DNA of 64,000 bases from Methylobacterium sp. GTDB taxonomy: Bacteria; Pseudomonadota; Alphaproteobacteria; Rhizobiales; Beijerinckiaceae. The notes under the pieces were generated by a model. It had not been told where the DNA came from, searched no databases, and worked only from the letters and a program-made list of their open reading frames with translations. The position numbers and the translations under genes were made by a program. The stretch is from positions 9,519-73,518 of the forward strand of contig PERO01000016.1 in NCBI GenBank assembly GCA_002928875.1, in the 5' to 3' direction. Each line of letters opens with the position of its first letter. Positions within the stretch are counted from its first letter, which is position 1. This document shows positions 22,201 to 30,045 of the stretch, piece after piece.

Positions 22201-22318
22201 GGATGACGATGGTGAAGGGCTCGGCCGCGACGCGACCGGCCCGGAAGGCTCCGGCCTTTTCCCATTCCGCGCTCCAGCGGGCCTCGATGCGCGCGGGGTC
22301 GAAGGTCTTTTCCATCAT
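19238..22318 (-). CDS. valS: Valine--tRNA ligase with two in-frame insertions
   Basis: PPPNVTGSLHMGH, TTRPET, WCVSRQLWWGH, DVLDTWFSS, KMSKS, C-terminal coiled coil. Confidence 0.98.
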   Translation of the reverse strand: MMEKTFDPARIEARWSAEWEKAGAFRAGRVAAEPFTIVIPPPNVTGSLHMGHALNNTLQDILCRYWRMKGRDVLWQPGTDHAGIATQMVVERQMMERQEPNRHAIGREKFLDKVWAWKEESGGTIINQLKRLGASCDWDRGRFTMGNREDGEKGQMQRAVLQFFVTLHEKGLLYKAKRLVNWDPKLLTAISDLEVEQKEVKGSYAWARASRSPDEPNARADEHRPERGQETNSPEVIGQEKPGEVDKEGNPKAFSSEALGKLLAKEPGGHLYYFDYPIEGETYDPASPSTFIRVATTRPETMLGDTAVAVHPENERLKPLIGRHAVLPLVGCLIPIIADEYADPEKGTGAVKITPAHDFNDFEVGKRHNLPLINMLDREGAVDLSEAAFANIPAETRALHGLPRFTARLKVVEMMEAAGFLAKIEPHGQQVPHGDRSGVPIEPWLTEQWYVNVKPLAEQAMAWVRAGKTRIMPANREADFFRWLENIEPWCVSRQLWWGHQIPAWYGPDGDYVIAISEAEALSKYSERAKKPAQIVPFEQANKYFQEYMSAAQVRKHLASKTETEHRAFHGDQYWIELLRLAEADTFLPITRDPDVLDTWFSSALWPFSTMGWPDSTPELARYYPGSALVTGFDILFFWVARMMMASAATDQAPPFRDVYLHGLVRDEKGRKMSKSVGNVIDPLVVIDALGADALRFTLASLAAQGRDPKLGVKTAEGYRNFCTKLWNASRFAEMNECRAVAGFDPGSVTLPLNRWIMAEADKALAEIEAGIEGYKFNEAALAAYRFTWNIVCDWYLELAKPVLQGEDGAPKDETRAAVAFVLDRTVAMLHPFMPFITEELNAAYGELAGVTRGQLCTGSWPKPIGLSDASAEAEIGFTVDLISEIRSARAEMNVPVATTAPLVFVNADAAGVTRAKAAEDALRRMARVSEIQFMHEAPAQSVQILVRGQVACIPLAGIIDIAAEKKRLSGEREKLVKDMDGTRRKLDNPDFVARAPEEVIEENRERLAEAENRIARIDEALKRLG

Positions 22319-22483
22319 CGTGTCGAAATCCGTCACCGGTCGCGCGGAGGCAAGCCGCACGACGAAAAGGGGCGCCCCGGTGGGACGCCCGAACCGTGAT
22401 TTTCGAATACCGTGCTGGCGCTATGCGTCAAGCATTCGTCTGGATTGCCGGCGCGGGACCGGCATCCACCGTCAACGGCGCGA

Positions 22484-23119
22484 TCAGCCGCCGCGCGCCA
22501 CGCGCTCGATCTCGGCGCGCACGAGGCGCTCCACAATTCCGGGCAGATGGCTGTCCATCCACTCGCGCAGCATCGGGCGGAGCATTTCGGCGACCACATC
22601 CTCCAGGCTGCGGCCCGGGGCCGGCATCGGCGTGTTGCGCGAGAGCGTCGCGAAGGCATTCGCGACGAGCCCGCTGGTCTGGCTGCTGATGATGTGCTCC
22701 TGAATGGCGACGGGCGTGGCCAGCGGCGGCGGGGTCACCATCACGGGAACCGGCTCCGGCATGTCTTCCGGCAGGACCATCACGGCCTCCGGCTCGGGCA
22801 GGCCGGGGAATTCCTCTGCTTCGGCGGTCACGTCCTCGGCCTCGCCGATCATCATGTCGTCGTCCGGCTCGGGTGCGGCGAGCGTGCCCACTTCGGCGAG
22901 ATCGAGCACGTCGGCGTCGAGATCCTCTTCCGGCTCGACGACCGCAGGCGCAGCAGCCGCCGGCGGAGGGGGCGGAGGCGCCGCGGCGGGGGTGTTGTCC
23001 TTCTTCGTGCCGAGGCTGTCATCCGCGATGATGCGGCGGATGGAGGCGAGAATCTCCTCCATCGACGGCTCGGCACCGGGCTGCTGGCCTGGCTGGAGGG
23101 CGGCGGCATTGTTGGCCAT
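22484..23119 (-). CDS. popZ: Polar organizing protein PopZ (DUF2497)
   Basis: EPSMEEILASIRRII, acidic Pro-rich linker, LRPMLREWMD..LP..VERLVRAEIERV; located between tolC and valS. Confidence 0.9.
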   Translation of the reverse strand: MANNAAALQPGQQPGAEPSMEEILASIRRIIADDSLGTKKDNTPAAAPPPPPPAAAAPAVVEPEEDLDADVLDLAEVGTLAAPEPDDDMMIGEAEDVTAEAEEFPGLPEPEAVMVLPEDMPEPVPVMVTPPPLATPVAIQEHIISSQTSGLVANAFATLSRNTPMPAPGRSLEDVVAEMLRPMLREWMDSHLPGIVERLVRAEIERVARGG

Positions 23120-23324
23120 GGATCACTCCGTTCCGGTCAGGGGGTCCCGAACGACACCCTGGCGATTCGACGGTGAAGGATGCGGACAAATCCTGCACAA
23201 ACCGTTGAGAATCACCCAAAAACAATCGCGGCTCTTGCGCTTGCGATCAAGGCCCCGTTTTGGCCGAAACCCGATGAGCCTGGGGACAGCCGCTGCCCCC
23301 CGCCCGAAATTCATCCATCGAAAA

Positions 23325-24701
23325 TCAGTCGCCGGAGGGCGTGCGCAGGCCGAACCACTTGTCCTGCACCTGCTCGGTATGCACCTTCGGATCATAGGTC
23401 GCGACCTTCAGCCCCAGCGCGCGGGCCGAAAGCTGCCCGGTGGACGACAGAACCGAATAGGTCGCGACGACCCGATCGCGCTGGGCGCTGACGAGCGCCA
23501 CCCGCGCGTTCAGCATTTCCTGCTGCGCGTCGAGCACATCGAGCGTGGTGCGCTGGCCGACCTTGTATTCCTCGCGCACGCCGTTCAGCGCGATTTCCGC
23601 GGCCTGGACCTGGGCGGTGGCCGCCTCGATCTGGAACTTGGTCGCTTCCATCAGCGCCCAGGAGGACACGACGGCCGCCACGACGCGGTCACGCGCCGAA
23701 TCGACCTGAATGCGCCGCTCGCCAAGCGTTTCCTTGGCCTGACGGGTGCGGGCATAGGTCGAGCCGCCATCATAGAGCGGGATCGAGACCGCGCCGACGA
23801 GCGAGGCCGAATTGCGCCGGTCGCCACTCACCTGCGAATCGAAACGCCGGGCCAGCGAACCGGTGAGCGTGACCGTGGGCAGCAATTCGCCCTCCACGAT
23901 CTTCACCTGCAACTGCTGGGCATCGACGCCGTGCAGTGCCGCGGCGATGGCCGGATGGTCACGCAGTGCGCGCGCCACCGCATCCCCTTGCGTCTTCGGC
24001 AGGCGCCCGGCCGCAACCGGCTGAACCGGCGAGAGCTTCTTCGGCTCGAGCCCCGTCACCTGCTTGAAGCGCGCCACGGAGCCGCGCAGGTTCGACTGGC
24101 TGAGCGCGAGATCAGAGCGGGCGCCCGCGAGGCGTGCCTCGGCCTGCGCCACGTCGGTGCGCGTCACTTCGCCCACGCCGAACCGGTCGCGGGTCTGGCG
24201 AAGCTGTTCGGCGAGCACGTTCACGTTGCTCTGCCGGAGGCCGAAGATCGCGGTGTCGCGCACCACGTTCATGTAGGCCGTCACGGCATCGAGCAGGGTA
24301 TTCTGCTCGGTGTTGCGCAGGGTTTCGCGCGAGGCGAGCACGTTCGATTCGGCCGCGCGCACGGAATTGCCGCCGCGACCGCCGTTATAGAGCGTCTGCG
24401 AGACGGAAAGGCCGATGCCCGCCGGATTGAGATCGCTCGTGCCGCGATTCCCGCCGCTGCTCGAACTGGTGCCGGTATAGCCGTAATCGGCCGAGCCCGA
24501 GACGCGGGGCCGGTGAATCGAAGCCGCGTTCGCAATGGTTTCGTCGACGGCGCGAAGGTTCGCGCGGGTCGCGTTGAGATCAGGGTTTGCCCGGTAGGCG
24601 CTCGAAAGCGCGGCTTCCAGAGACTGCGCAGAGGCGGCCGAAAGGGCGAGCGGGGAAACCGCGAGCGCCAATCCAAGAGCCAGAGCCGTGACGCGCTGCA
24701 T
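23325..24701 (-). CDS. tolC: TolC family outer membrane efflux protein
   Basis: RFGVGEVTRTDVAQAEARL and VGQRTTLDVLDAQQ repeats; signal peptide. Confidence 0.93.
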   Translation of the reverse strand: MQRVTALALGLALAVSPLALSAASAQSLEAALSSAYRANPDLNATRANLRAVDETIANAASIHRPRVSGSADYGYTGTSSSSGGNRGTSDLNPAGIGLSVSQTLYNGGRGGNSVRAAESNVLASRETLRNTEQNTLLDAVTAYMNVVRDTAIFGLRQSNVNVLAEQLRQTRDRFGVGEVTRTDVAQAEARLAGARSDLALSQSNLRGSVARFKQVTGLEPKKLSPVQPVAAGRLPKTQGDAVARALRDHPAIAAALHGVDAQQLQVKIVEGELLPTVTLTGSLARRFDSQVSGDRRNSASLVGAVSIPLYDGGSTYARTRQAKETLGERRIQVDSARDRVVAAVVSSWALMEATKFQIEAATAQVQAAEIALNGVREEYKVGQRTTLDVLDAQQEMLNARVALVSAQRDRVVATYSVLSSTGQLSARALGLKVATYDPKVHTEQVQDKWFGLRTPSGD

Positions 24702-24981
24702 GAAAACTCCTCGAAACACCTGCGCCGGAATTCAAAGGTCCGGAAGGGCCGACGACGACCAAAAACATGGACACAGCCGGAAGCGACCGCCCCCGACAAC
24801 GCCGGTCCCGATAGTTCTAGTCAGCAAATCGGCGCTGTAAACATGTTCTTAGCGTTTTGGTGAGCGGCCTGACATCGATTCGTCAGAACCTGTTTCCTAA
24901 ATGGCACAGATCGACTGCTGCGATGACAAAATGATGAAATCATTCAGAGATTCAGTCGCAGATCCACTGCGCCCGGCCAGC

Positions 24982-25650
24982 TCAGAACACGAAGCCGGGC
25001 TCCTCCCGGAAACCGGGAAGCACGGCAGCCTGCGCATCGAACGCGACCCGGTGCGAGAAAACATCGCCGGTGCGCAGATAGATGCGAGCCTGCGCCGCGC
25101 GCCCCTGCTTCACCACGGTTCCCAACCGACCGCCGTCGCGCAGGCAGGCGAGCAGGGCCGTCGGCTCGCGCTCGATGGCACCATTCACGAGAATCAGGTC
25201 GAAGCTGTCGCCGGCGAGGGCCACGCTGGTCGCCGTCAGCGGCGCCGCCGGCAGCACGCGAACCGGTTCCGGTGTGCCGGCCAAGGCCTCGCTCGCGCGG
25301 GCCACCAGCGTCGAATCGGTTTCGGCAAAGGTCGTCTTCAGGCCGAGATCCGCGAGGATGGCCGCCGAGTAGCCGAGGCCGCCGCAACAATCGAGCGCGC
25401 TTTCGCCGGCTTTCGGGGCGAGCGCCTGGACGAGCCGCGCGAGCACCAGCGGCACCAGCAAAGCCCGGCTCTCCGTCGCACCCTTCACGACGAGTTTCGC
25501 ATCGGAATAGGCCAGGGGCACATCCGCCGGCTCGACGAAACGTTCGCGCGGGACGACGTCGAATGCCGCCAGGACCTCGCGATCCGTCACGTCGAAGGTG
25601 CGGATCTGGTTATCGACCATCACGCGACGTGCGAGCGACAAGTCCGGCAT
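24982..25650 (-). CDS. pcm: Protein-L-isoaspartate O-methyltransferase family protein
   Basis: MVDNQIRT, VPRERFV, SAM loop CCGGLGYS; pcm-tolC-popZ-valS gene order. Confidence 0.85.
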   Translation of the reverse strand: MPDLSLARRVMVDNQIRTFDVTDREVLAAFDVVPRERFVEPADVPLAYSDAKLVVKGATESRALLVPLVLARLVQALAPKAGESALDCCGGLGYSAAILADLGLKTTFAETDSTLVARASEALAGTPEPVRVLPAAPLTATSVALAGDSFDLILVNGAIEREPTALLACLRDGGRLGTVVKQGRAAQARIYLRTGDVFSHRVAFDAQAAVLPGFREEPGFVF

Positions 25651-25709
25651 GCTGGGCTCCCCCGAGTGAACCGGTCCGGCCCGCGGGCGCCGGCCCGGAT
25701 TTGCGATTC

Positions 25710-25783
25710 TGGAGGCCTCGGAGGGAATCGAACCCCCGTACAAGGATTTGCAGTCCTCTGCGTAACCACTCCGCCACGAGGCC
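25710..25783 (-). tRNA. tRNA-Cys (GCA)
   Basis: 74-nt cloverleaf GGCCTCG...ACTGCAAAT...GTTCGATTC...CGAGGCCTCCA. Confidence 0.97.
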
Positions 25784-25971
25784 ACCATTTGCAATCGGGG
25801 GCCCGTATAACAAGCGCGTGATCGATAGCGCAAGCGTCGCGGAACCTGCGATCGCGCTTTCCCGACGAATTATCGCGCCGCGCGCGAACCTTCAGGAAAT
25901 CTTAACTGCGTTGGCGCGATTTCAGGGATTGCAATCGCCGGCCGATTTTTCTATGTCGCGGCTCTAGGCAT

Positions 25972-26047
25972 TCCTCGATAGCTCAGTTGGTAGAGCGTTC
26001 GACTGTTAATCGAATGGTCGCTGGTTCGAGTCCAGCTCGAGGAGCCA
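25972..26047 (+). tRNA. tRNA-Asn (GTT), probable integration site
   Basis: 76-nt cloverleaf TCCTCGA...CTGTTAA...GTTCGAGTC...TCGAGGAGCCA. Confidence 0.97.
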
Positions 26048-27682
26048 TTTCGGAACGAAACTGCGAACGCCGTGCGTCGCCGTTTCCACTCCATAGCCTC
26101 CTCCGGACGCCACGAGCGTCTGGAGGAGCCTTGGCTTCGAACCCATAATCCTAATTTCGTCTGTTCCCACTTCGATACGCTGGACCAGCGCCTGGACGTG
26201 GCTTCGACGGAAACCACCGTCACGCGCCCGGATCTTCTTGCGCGCTTCGATCCCAAATCGGCGCAAAAGCTCGGGGGTCAGCCGTTTGCCCTTATCGTCC
26301 GCACGGCTTTCCGCCCGGTCCGCGTCTGCCCTGGCAGCATCGCGCATCCGCTTCAGCTCGACAATTCGTCCCTTCAGGTTGCAGTCGTCTAGGTCAGCGA
26401 GACCGTTCTCGATTGCCTCATAAAGCCGCGTGAGCTTGGCTTCGGCGTCTGCCGCCTGCCTCCTCAGTTCGGCGACCCGCCCTCGTAGACGCTCCGTATG
26501 CTCCTCCCGGCGTTTCAGGAGACCGGAGAGCAGTTCCTCCAGCCGATCGGGCGCCAACAGCCGCTCCTCGAGATGGCCCACAACCATCTCGTCCAGCTCA
26601 TTCATCGGAATGGTGCGTCCTCGGCAACCACTCTTCCCCTGTCGGGCAGCGGTGCAGCAGGTGTAGTAACGATATTGGTCGCCCTTTCCGGAGGTGCGAA
26701 GCGTCATCGCTCCGCCGCAGTCGGCACAGAAGCACACTCCGCCAAGCAGCGTACCAGCGGAGACAAACCGAGGCGCTCTGAGCTGCGGGCTTCGCGATCG
26801 CATCACTTTCTGAACTTCGGCGAACTCTTCCTCGCTGATGATCGGCTCGACCGCCATTTCAACGATCTCATCCTCGGATTTCCTCTCGCCCTTCCGCTTG
26901 CCCGAGACGTTGAATCGATGCCTGCCAATGTATGTTTCACGCGTAAGAATCTGGTGGACTGCGCCGACGCCCCACCGGCCACCCGTCTGGGTCCGAATGC
27001 CATGTGCGTTAAGGTAGTCGGCGATCTGACGCGAACCCATGGGACCGTCTTCACTACCGATTCTAGCGAGGCGGAACATGAGCCGAACAGTTTCAGTCTG
27101 CGAGGGGTCTGGCTCAATCTTCTTCTTTGCGCGCGCGCCTCGCTGCTCAGCGACTGCGATTTTGTAGCCAAACGGCGGGCGCGAGCCGTTCCAGTATCCC
27201 TGGCGCGCGTTCTCTCGCATGGCGCGAAGGGTATGCTTGGCATTCTCCTTCGACTGATATTCATCGAACAGCGCCATGATCTGACGCATCATCACGCTCA
27301 TTGGATCATCACCGAGATCCTGCGTGATGGAAATCAGGCGTATCCCGTTCTTCGCCAGCCGCCGAACGTAGAACTCGAGCTGGAACTGATCGCGGAAAAA
27401 TCGTGAGAATGAGTGGACGATAATGCAGTCGAACGGCGCGGGCTTCTCCGCTGCGGCGTCCATCATCCTCTGAAACTCGGGACGACGGTCGTCCGTAGCG
27501 GATGCTCCCGGTTCGACGAACTCGGCGACCACGGCAATCCCCTTCCCGTCGCAATAGGCGCGAAGCTGCCGCCGCTGATCGGGAATCGACAAATCATGCT
27601 CGGCTTGGCGGCCAGTTGAGACGCGGAGATAGAGAGCGGCACGCCCCGGCGGCACCAGGGCTGGGGTTGCTCTGGCGTTCAT
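26006..27682 (-). CDS. Large serine recombinase (integrase)
   Basis: YLRVST catalytic Ser, SFSRFFR, PPFGY recombinase domain, Zn ribbon CADCG..YYTC..C, coiled coil. Confidence 0.95.
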   Translation of the reverse strand: MNARATPALVPPGRAALYLRVSTGRQAEHDLSIPDQRRQLRAYCDGKGIAVVAEFVEPGASATDDRRPEFQRMMDAAAEKPAPFDCIIVHSFSRFFRDQFQLEFYVRRLAKNGIRLISITQDLGDDPMSVMMRQIMALFDEYQSKENAKHTLRAMRENARQGYWNGSRPPFGYKIAVAEQRGARAKKKIEPDPSQTETVRLMFRLARIGSEDGPMGSRQIADYLNAHGIRTQTGGRWGVGAVHQILTRETYIGRHRFNVSGKRKGERKSEDEIVEMAVEPIISEEEFAEVQKVMRSRSPQLRAPRFVSAGTLLGGVCFCADCGGAMTLRTSGKGDQYRYYTCCTAARQGKSGCRGRTIPMNELDEMVVGHLEERLLAPDRLEELLSGLLKRREEHTERLRGRVAELRRQAADAEAKLTRLYEAIENGLADLDDCNLKGRIVELKRMRDAARADADRAESRADDKGKRLTPELLRRFGIEARKKIRARDGGFRRSHVQALVQRIEVGTDEIRIMGSKPRLLQTLVASGGGYGVETATHGVRSFVPKWLLELDSNQRPFD

Positions 27683-27703
27683 GCAGGACCTCCGTTCAGC
27701 AAG

Positions 27704-27946
27704 TCAGTCTGTCGAGCGCAGCAGCTCATCAATGAGCGGGCCGAAATGGGCTTCGAACAGGTCCAGTTCAGCCTCGGTAACTGGTACGCGTGCGGGCCAA
27801 TCGTCAGTGATCTCCATCCCGGATCGAGTGGTCTCGGGTCGGCGCTGAATGCAACTCCTCCGAGGGCTTGTGCGCGGCTCGGGTGAGGCGTAGTCGAAGA
27901 AGTCGATGACTTCCGCTGAAGCGGGTTCTGCAGCCTTGACATCCAT
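27704..27946 (-). CDS. Small acidic protein upstream of the recombinase
   Basis: 80-aa ORF ending 21 bp before the integrase start; C-terminus DDWPARVPVTEAELDLFEAHFGPLIDELL. Confidence 0.55.
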   Translation of the reverse strand: MDVKAAEPASAEVIDFFDYASPEPRTSPRRSCIQRRPETTRSGMEITDDWPARVPVTEAELDLFEAHFGPLIDELLRSTD

Positions 27947-28192
27947 TCACTCAAGATTGCACGAAATCGAGAAAAGAGCACGCACATCAATGGGTTGCGG
28001 CGCATTCTACCGGCACACAATTTCCAGTATCCGGCGCCACTCGGCGCTCTTGGCGCAGGGTATCGAACCCTGGAGGAGTGCAAAATCGCACAATTGGCGG
28101 GATTCTGTGCTTGCATGACAATCGCAATTGCATTTTCCATTTTCTCTGGCTATATCTATCACGACAATTGAACCTTTCCAAGGGATATCGCC

Positions 28193-28879
28193 ATGGCGCC
28201 CACAGCTTCAGCCGGAACTCGCCGCCGCAGTCGCGCCAGCCACTTCGGAGGAAACGCCACGTCCACGGGAGCTACGCGCAGCCGCCGCTCGGAGCCGGCT
28301 CCGAGCGAGGATCTTGTCGAGGCCTTTGTCCTTCGAACCGGCAGAGCTCTCGCACGCATTGCCGAGCGCATGCCACGCGAGCGCTTGTTGGCCGCCGTCG
28401 GCGCGTCGACCGACACAGATGTGCTGTTTAGCTCACTGCGTGAAGCCGCCGCCATCGGGGCGGAAATCGAGCCGGACAAGCCCGATCCGCTTACAGAGGC
28501 TTTCCTCCGCGGATCAGAGATGAAGCGCGAAATGCTGAAGGCGGAAGGCGGTGCACTCTCTGCGCAGCAGCTCGCCGAGCATCTAGGAATTACCGCGCAG
28601 GGCCTCGGCCGGAAGCGGGAGCGTAACCAGGTCTTCTGGCTCGACGTTGGAGACGGTTATGTCTACCCGGCCTTCCAGATCGGCAAGAACGGCCTGCTGC
28701 CGGGCATCCGGGAGGTGCTCGATGCCTTCACAGTTGACGACCCATGGATGCGCGTCAACTTCATGCTCACGGGCGATCAGCGCCTTGGCGGCAAGAGGCC
28801 GATCGATCAGCTTCGCAAGGGCAAAATCGAAGGCGTGGTGACGGCAGCGGCGGCCTACGGCGAACATGGCGCCGCCTAG
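28193..28879 (+). CDS. Xre/MbcA/ParS-like antitoxin
   Basis: HTH-like LSAQQLAEHLGIT, YPAFQ, LGGKRPIDQL; overlaps the RES gene by 14 bp. Confidence 0.75.
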   Translation: MAPTASAGTRRRSRASHFGGNATSTGATRSRRSEPAPSEDLVEAFVLRTGRALARIAERMPRERLLAAVGASTDTDVLFSSLREAAAIGAEIEPDKPDPLTEAFLRGSEMKREMLKAEGGALSAQQLAEHLGITAQGLGRKRERNQVFWLDVGDGYVYPAFQIGKNGLLPGIREVLDAFTVDDPWMRVNFMLTGDQRLGGKRPIDQLRKGKIEGVVTAAAAYGEHGAA

Positions 28880-29459
28880 TCCCGGTCCATTTCCGCCCGC
28901 CGATTTCGCCAGCCGCGAGCTCCCTATTGAGGAGATTCCCAGCGGCGCTCGCCTTATACGCATCCACCGCAGCGACCGCGGCCCGCTCTTTTTTGGCTCG
29001 ACAGGCGGCAATCGCTTCGACGATCCGGCAAAGATCTATGGGGTCTGCTATCTTGCGACGACACTTGAAGGTGCCTTTGCGGAAACCTGCCTACGCAGCG
29101 TTGGCGCACGCTTTGTTGCCCTGACTTTCCTGGAGGCGCGATCCTTCTCCGAGATAGAGGTCTCTGCGCCCCTCCGCTTGGTTTCCCTTCACGGCCCCGG
29201 CCTAGCGCAGATCGGCGCGACCGGTGCCGTCACGAGTGGGCCTCATGCCGTCGCCCAACAGTGGTCGCAAGCCATCCACGACCATCCTACGGTGCCGGAT
29301 GGCATTGCCTACCGCTCCAATCACGACAATGGCGAGATTTGTGTCGCGCTGTTTGAGCACGTCGGCGATCACCTCGCTCCGAGCGATCCTCAGCCTATGA
29401 CAACGAACCGGACCAGATTGGCCAAACTTCTCGCACGCTACAAAGTCGGTCTCGGCTAG
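28866..29459 (+). CDS. RES-domain toxin
   Basis: NRFD, CYLA, AFAET and DGIAYRS supply the R-E-S residues. Confidence 0.88.
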   Translation: MAPPSPGPFPPADFASRELPIEEIPSGARLIRIHRSDRGPLFFGSTGGNRFDDPAKIYGVCYLATTLEGAFAETCLRSVGARFVALTFLEARSFSEIEVSAPLRLVSLHGPGLAQIGATGAVTSGPHAVAQQWSQAIHDHPTVPDGIAYRSNHDNGEICVALFEHVGDHLAPSDPQPMTTNRTRLAKLLARYKVGLG

Positions 29460-29473
29460 CGCGGGCATCGGCG

Positions 29474-29971
29474 ATGGAATTTTCACCGAGAATCAATTGG
29501 ATCGTCCGCTACATGGCGGCCAGCTCAGAGCGCCCAGTCGGCACGCCTCGCCTCGCTCGCCATCTCCTATCAGCGGCGTTCGCGCTCATGCTACTCTCGT
29601 GGGCTGCGCCGGCACAGGCCGACCCGTGCGAAGGGCGCCTTCCTGCAGCGGCCGGGCAAAAATTTGAGGGCTTGATACGCTACGTTGGTGACGGCGACAG
29701 CCTCTGCGTTGGTCAGTCGCCGGACCCCCAGAATTGGATCGAGGTCCGGCTTGCCGACTTTGATGCGCCTGAGCTTCACGCCCCCGAAGGCCGCCGTGCA
29801 AAGATGCTACTTGAGCAGATCGCGTTCGGCCGCAGAGCGCAATGCGAGGCTCGCCGCGGCCGGAGCGGACGCGTCATCTCCCATGATCGAGTCATCGCAG
29901 TGTGCCGCGTGGACGGGCGGAGCGTTGGGGACCTGCTGAGGGAACGTCACGCGCCCCAAGGCGGGAATTGA
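29474..29971 (+). CDS. Thermonuclease (SNase-like) family protein
   Basis: DGDSL, VRLADFDAPE, DRVIAVC motifs; hydrophobic signal segment. Start uncertain. Confidence 0.85.
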   Translation: MEFSPRINWIVRYMAASSERPVGTPRLARHLLSAAFALMLLSWAAPAQADPCEGRLPAAAGQKFEGLIRYVGDGDSLCVGQSPDPQNWIEVRLADFDAPELHAPEGRRAKMLLEQIAFGRRAQCEARRGRSGRVISHDRVIAVCRVDGRSVGDLLRERHAPQGGN

Positions 29972-30045
29972 CGCCTTGGAGATGGTCACAGTGCCACTGA
30001 GTCAGCTTGGCTTTCTCTCCGCGGCCAATGTCTCAGGCAGCCCGA

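Noticed and set aside
24982-25833. 283-aa version of pcm in the ORF track
   Set aside because: The extension runs through tRNA-Cys. ATG 25650 has an RBS and matches the family start.
28056-28072. tRNA fragment or att site (minus strand CAGGG-TTCGATA-CCCTG looks like a T-arm)
   Set aside because: No acceptor stem or CCA follows, and it does not match tRNA-Asn.
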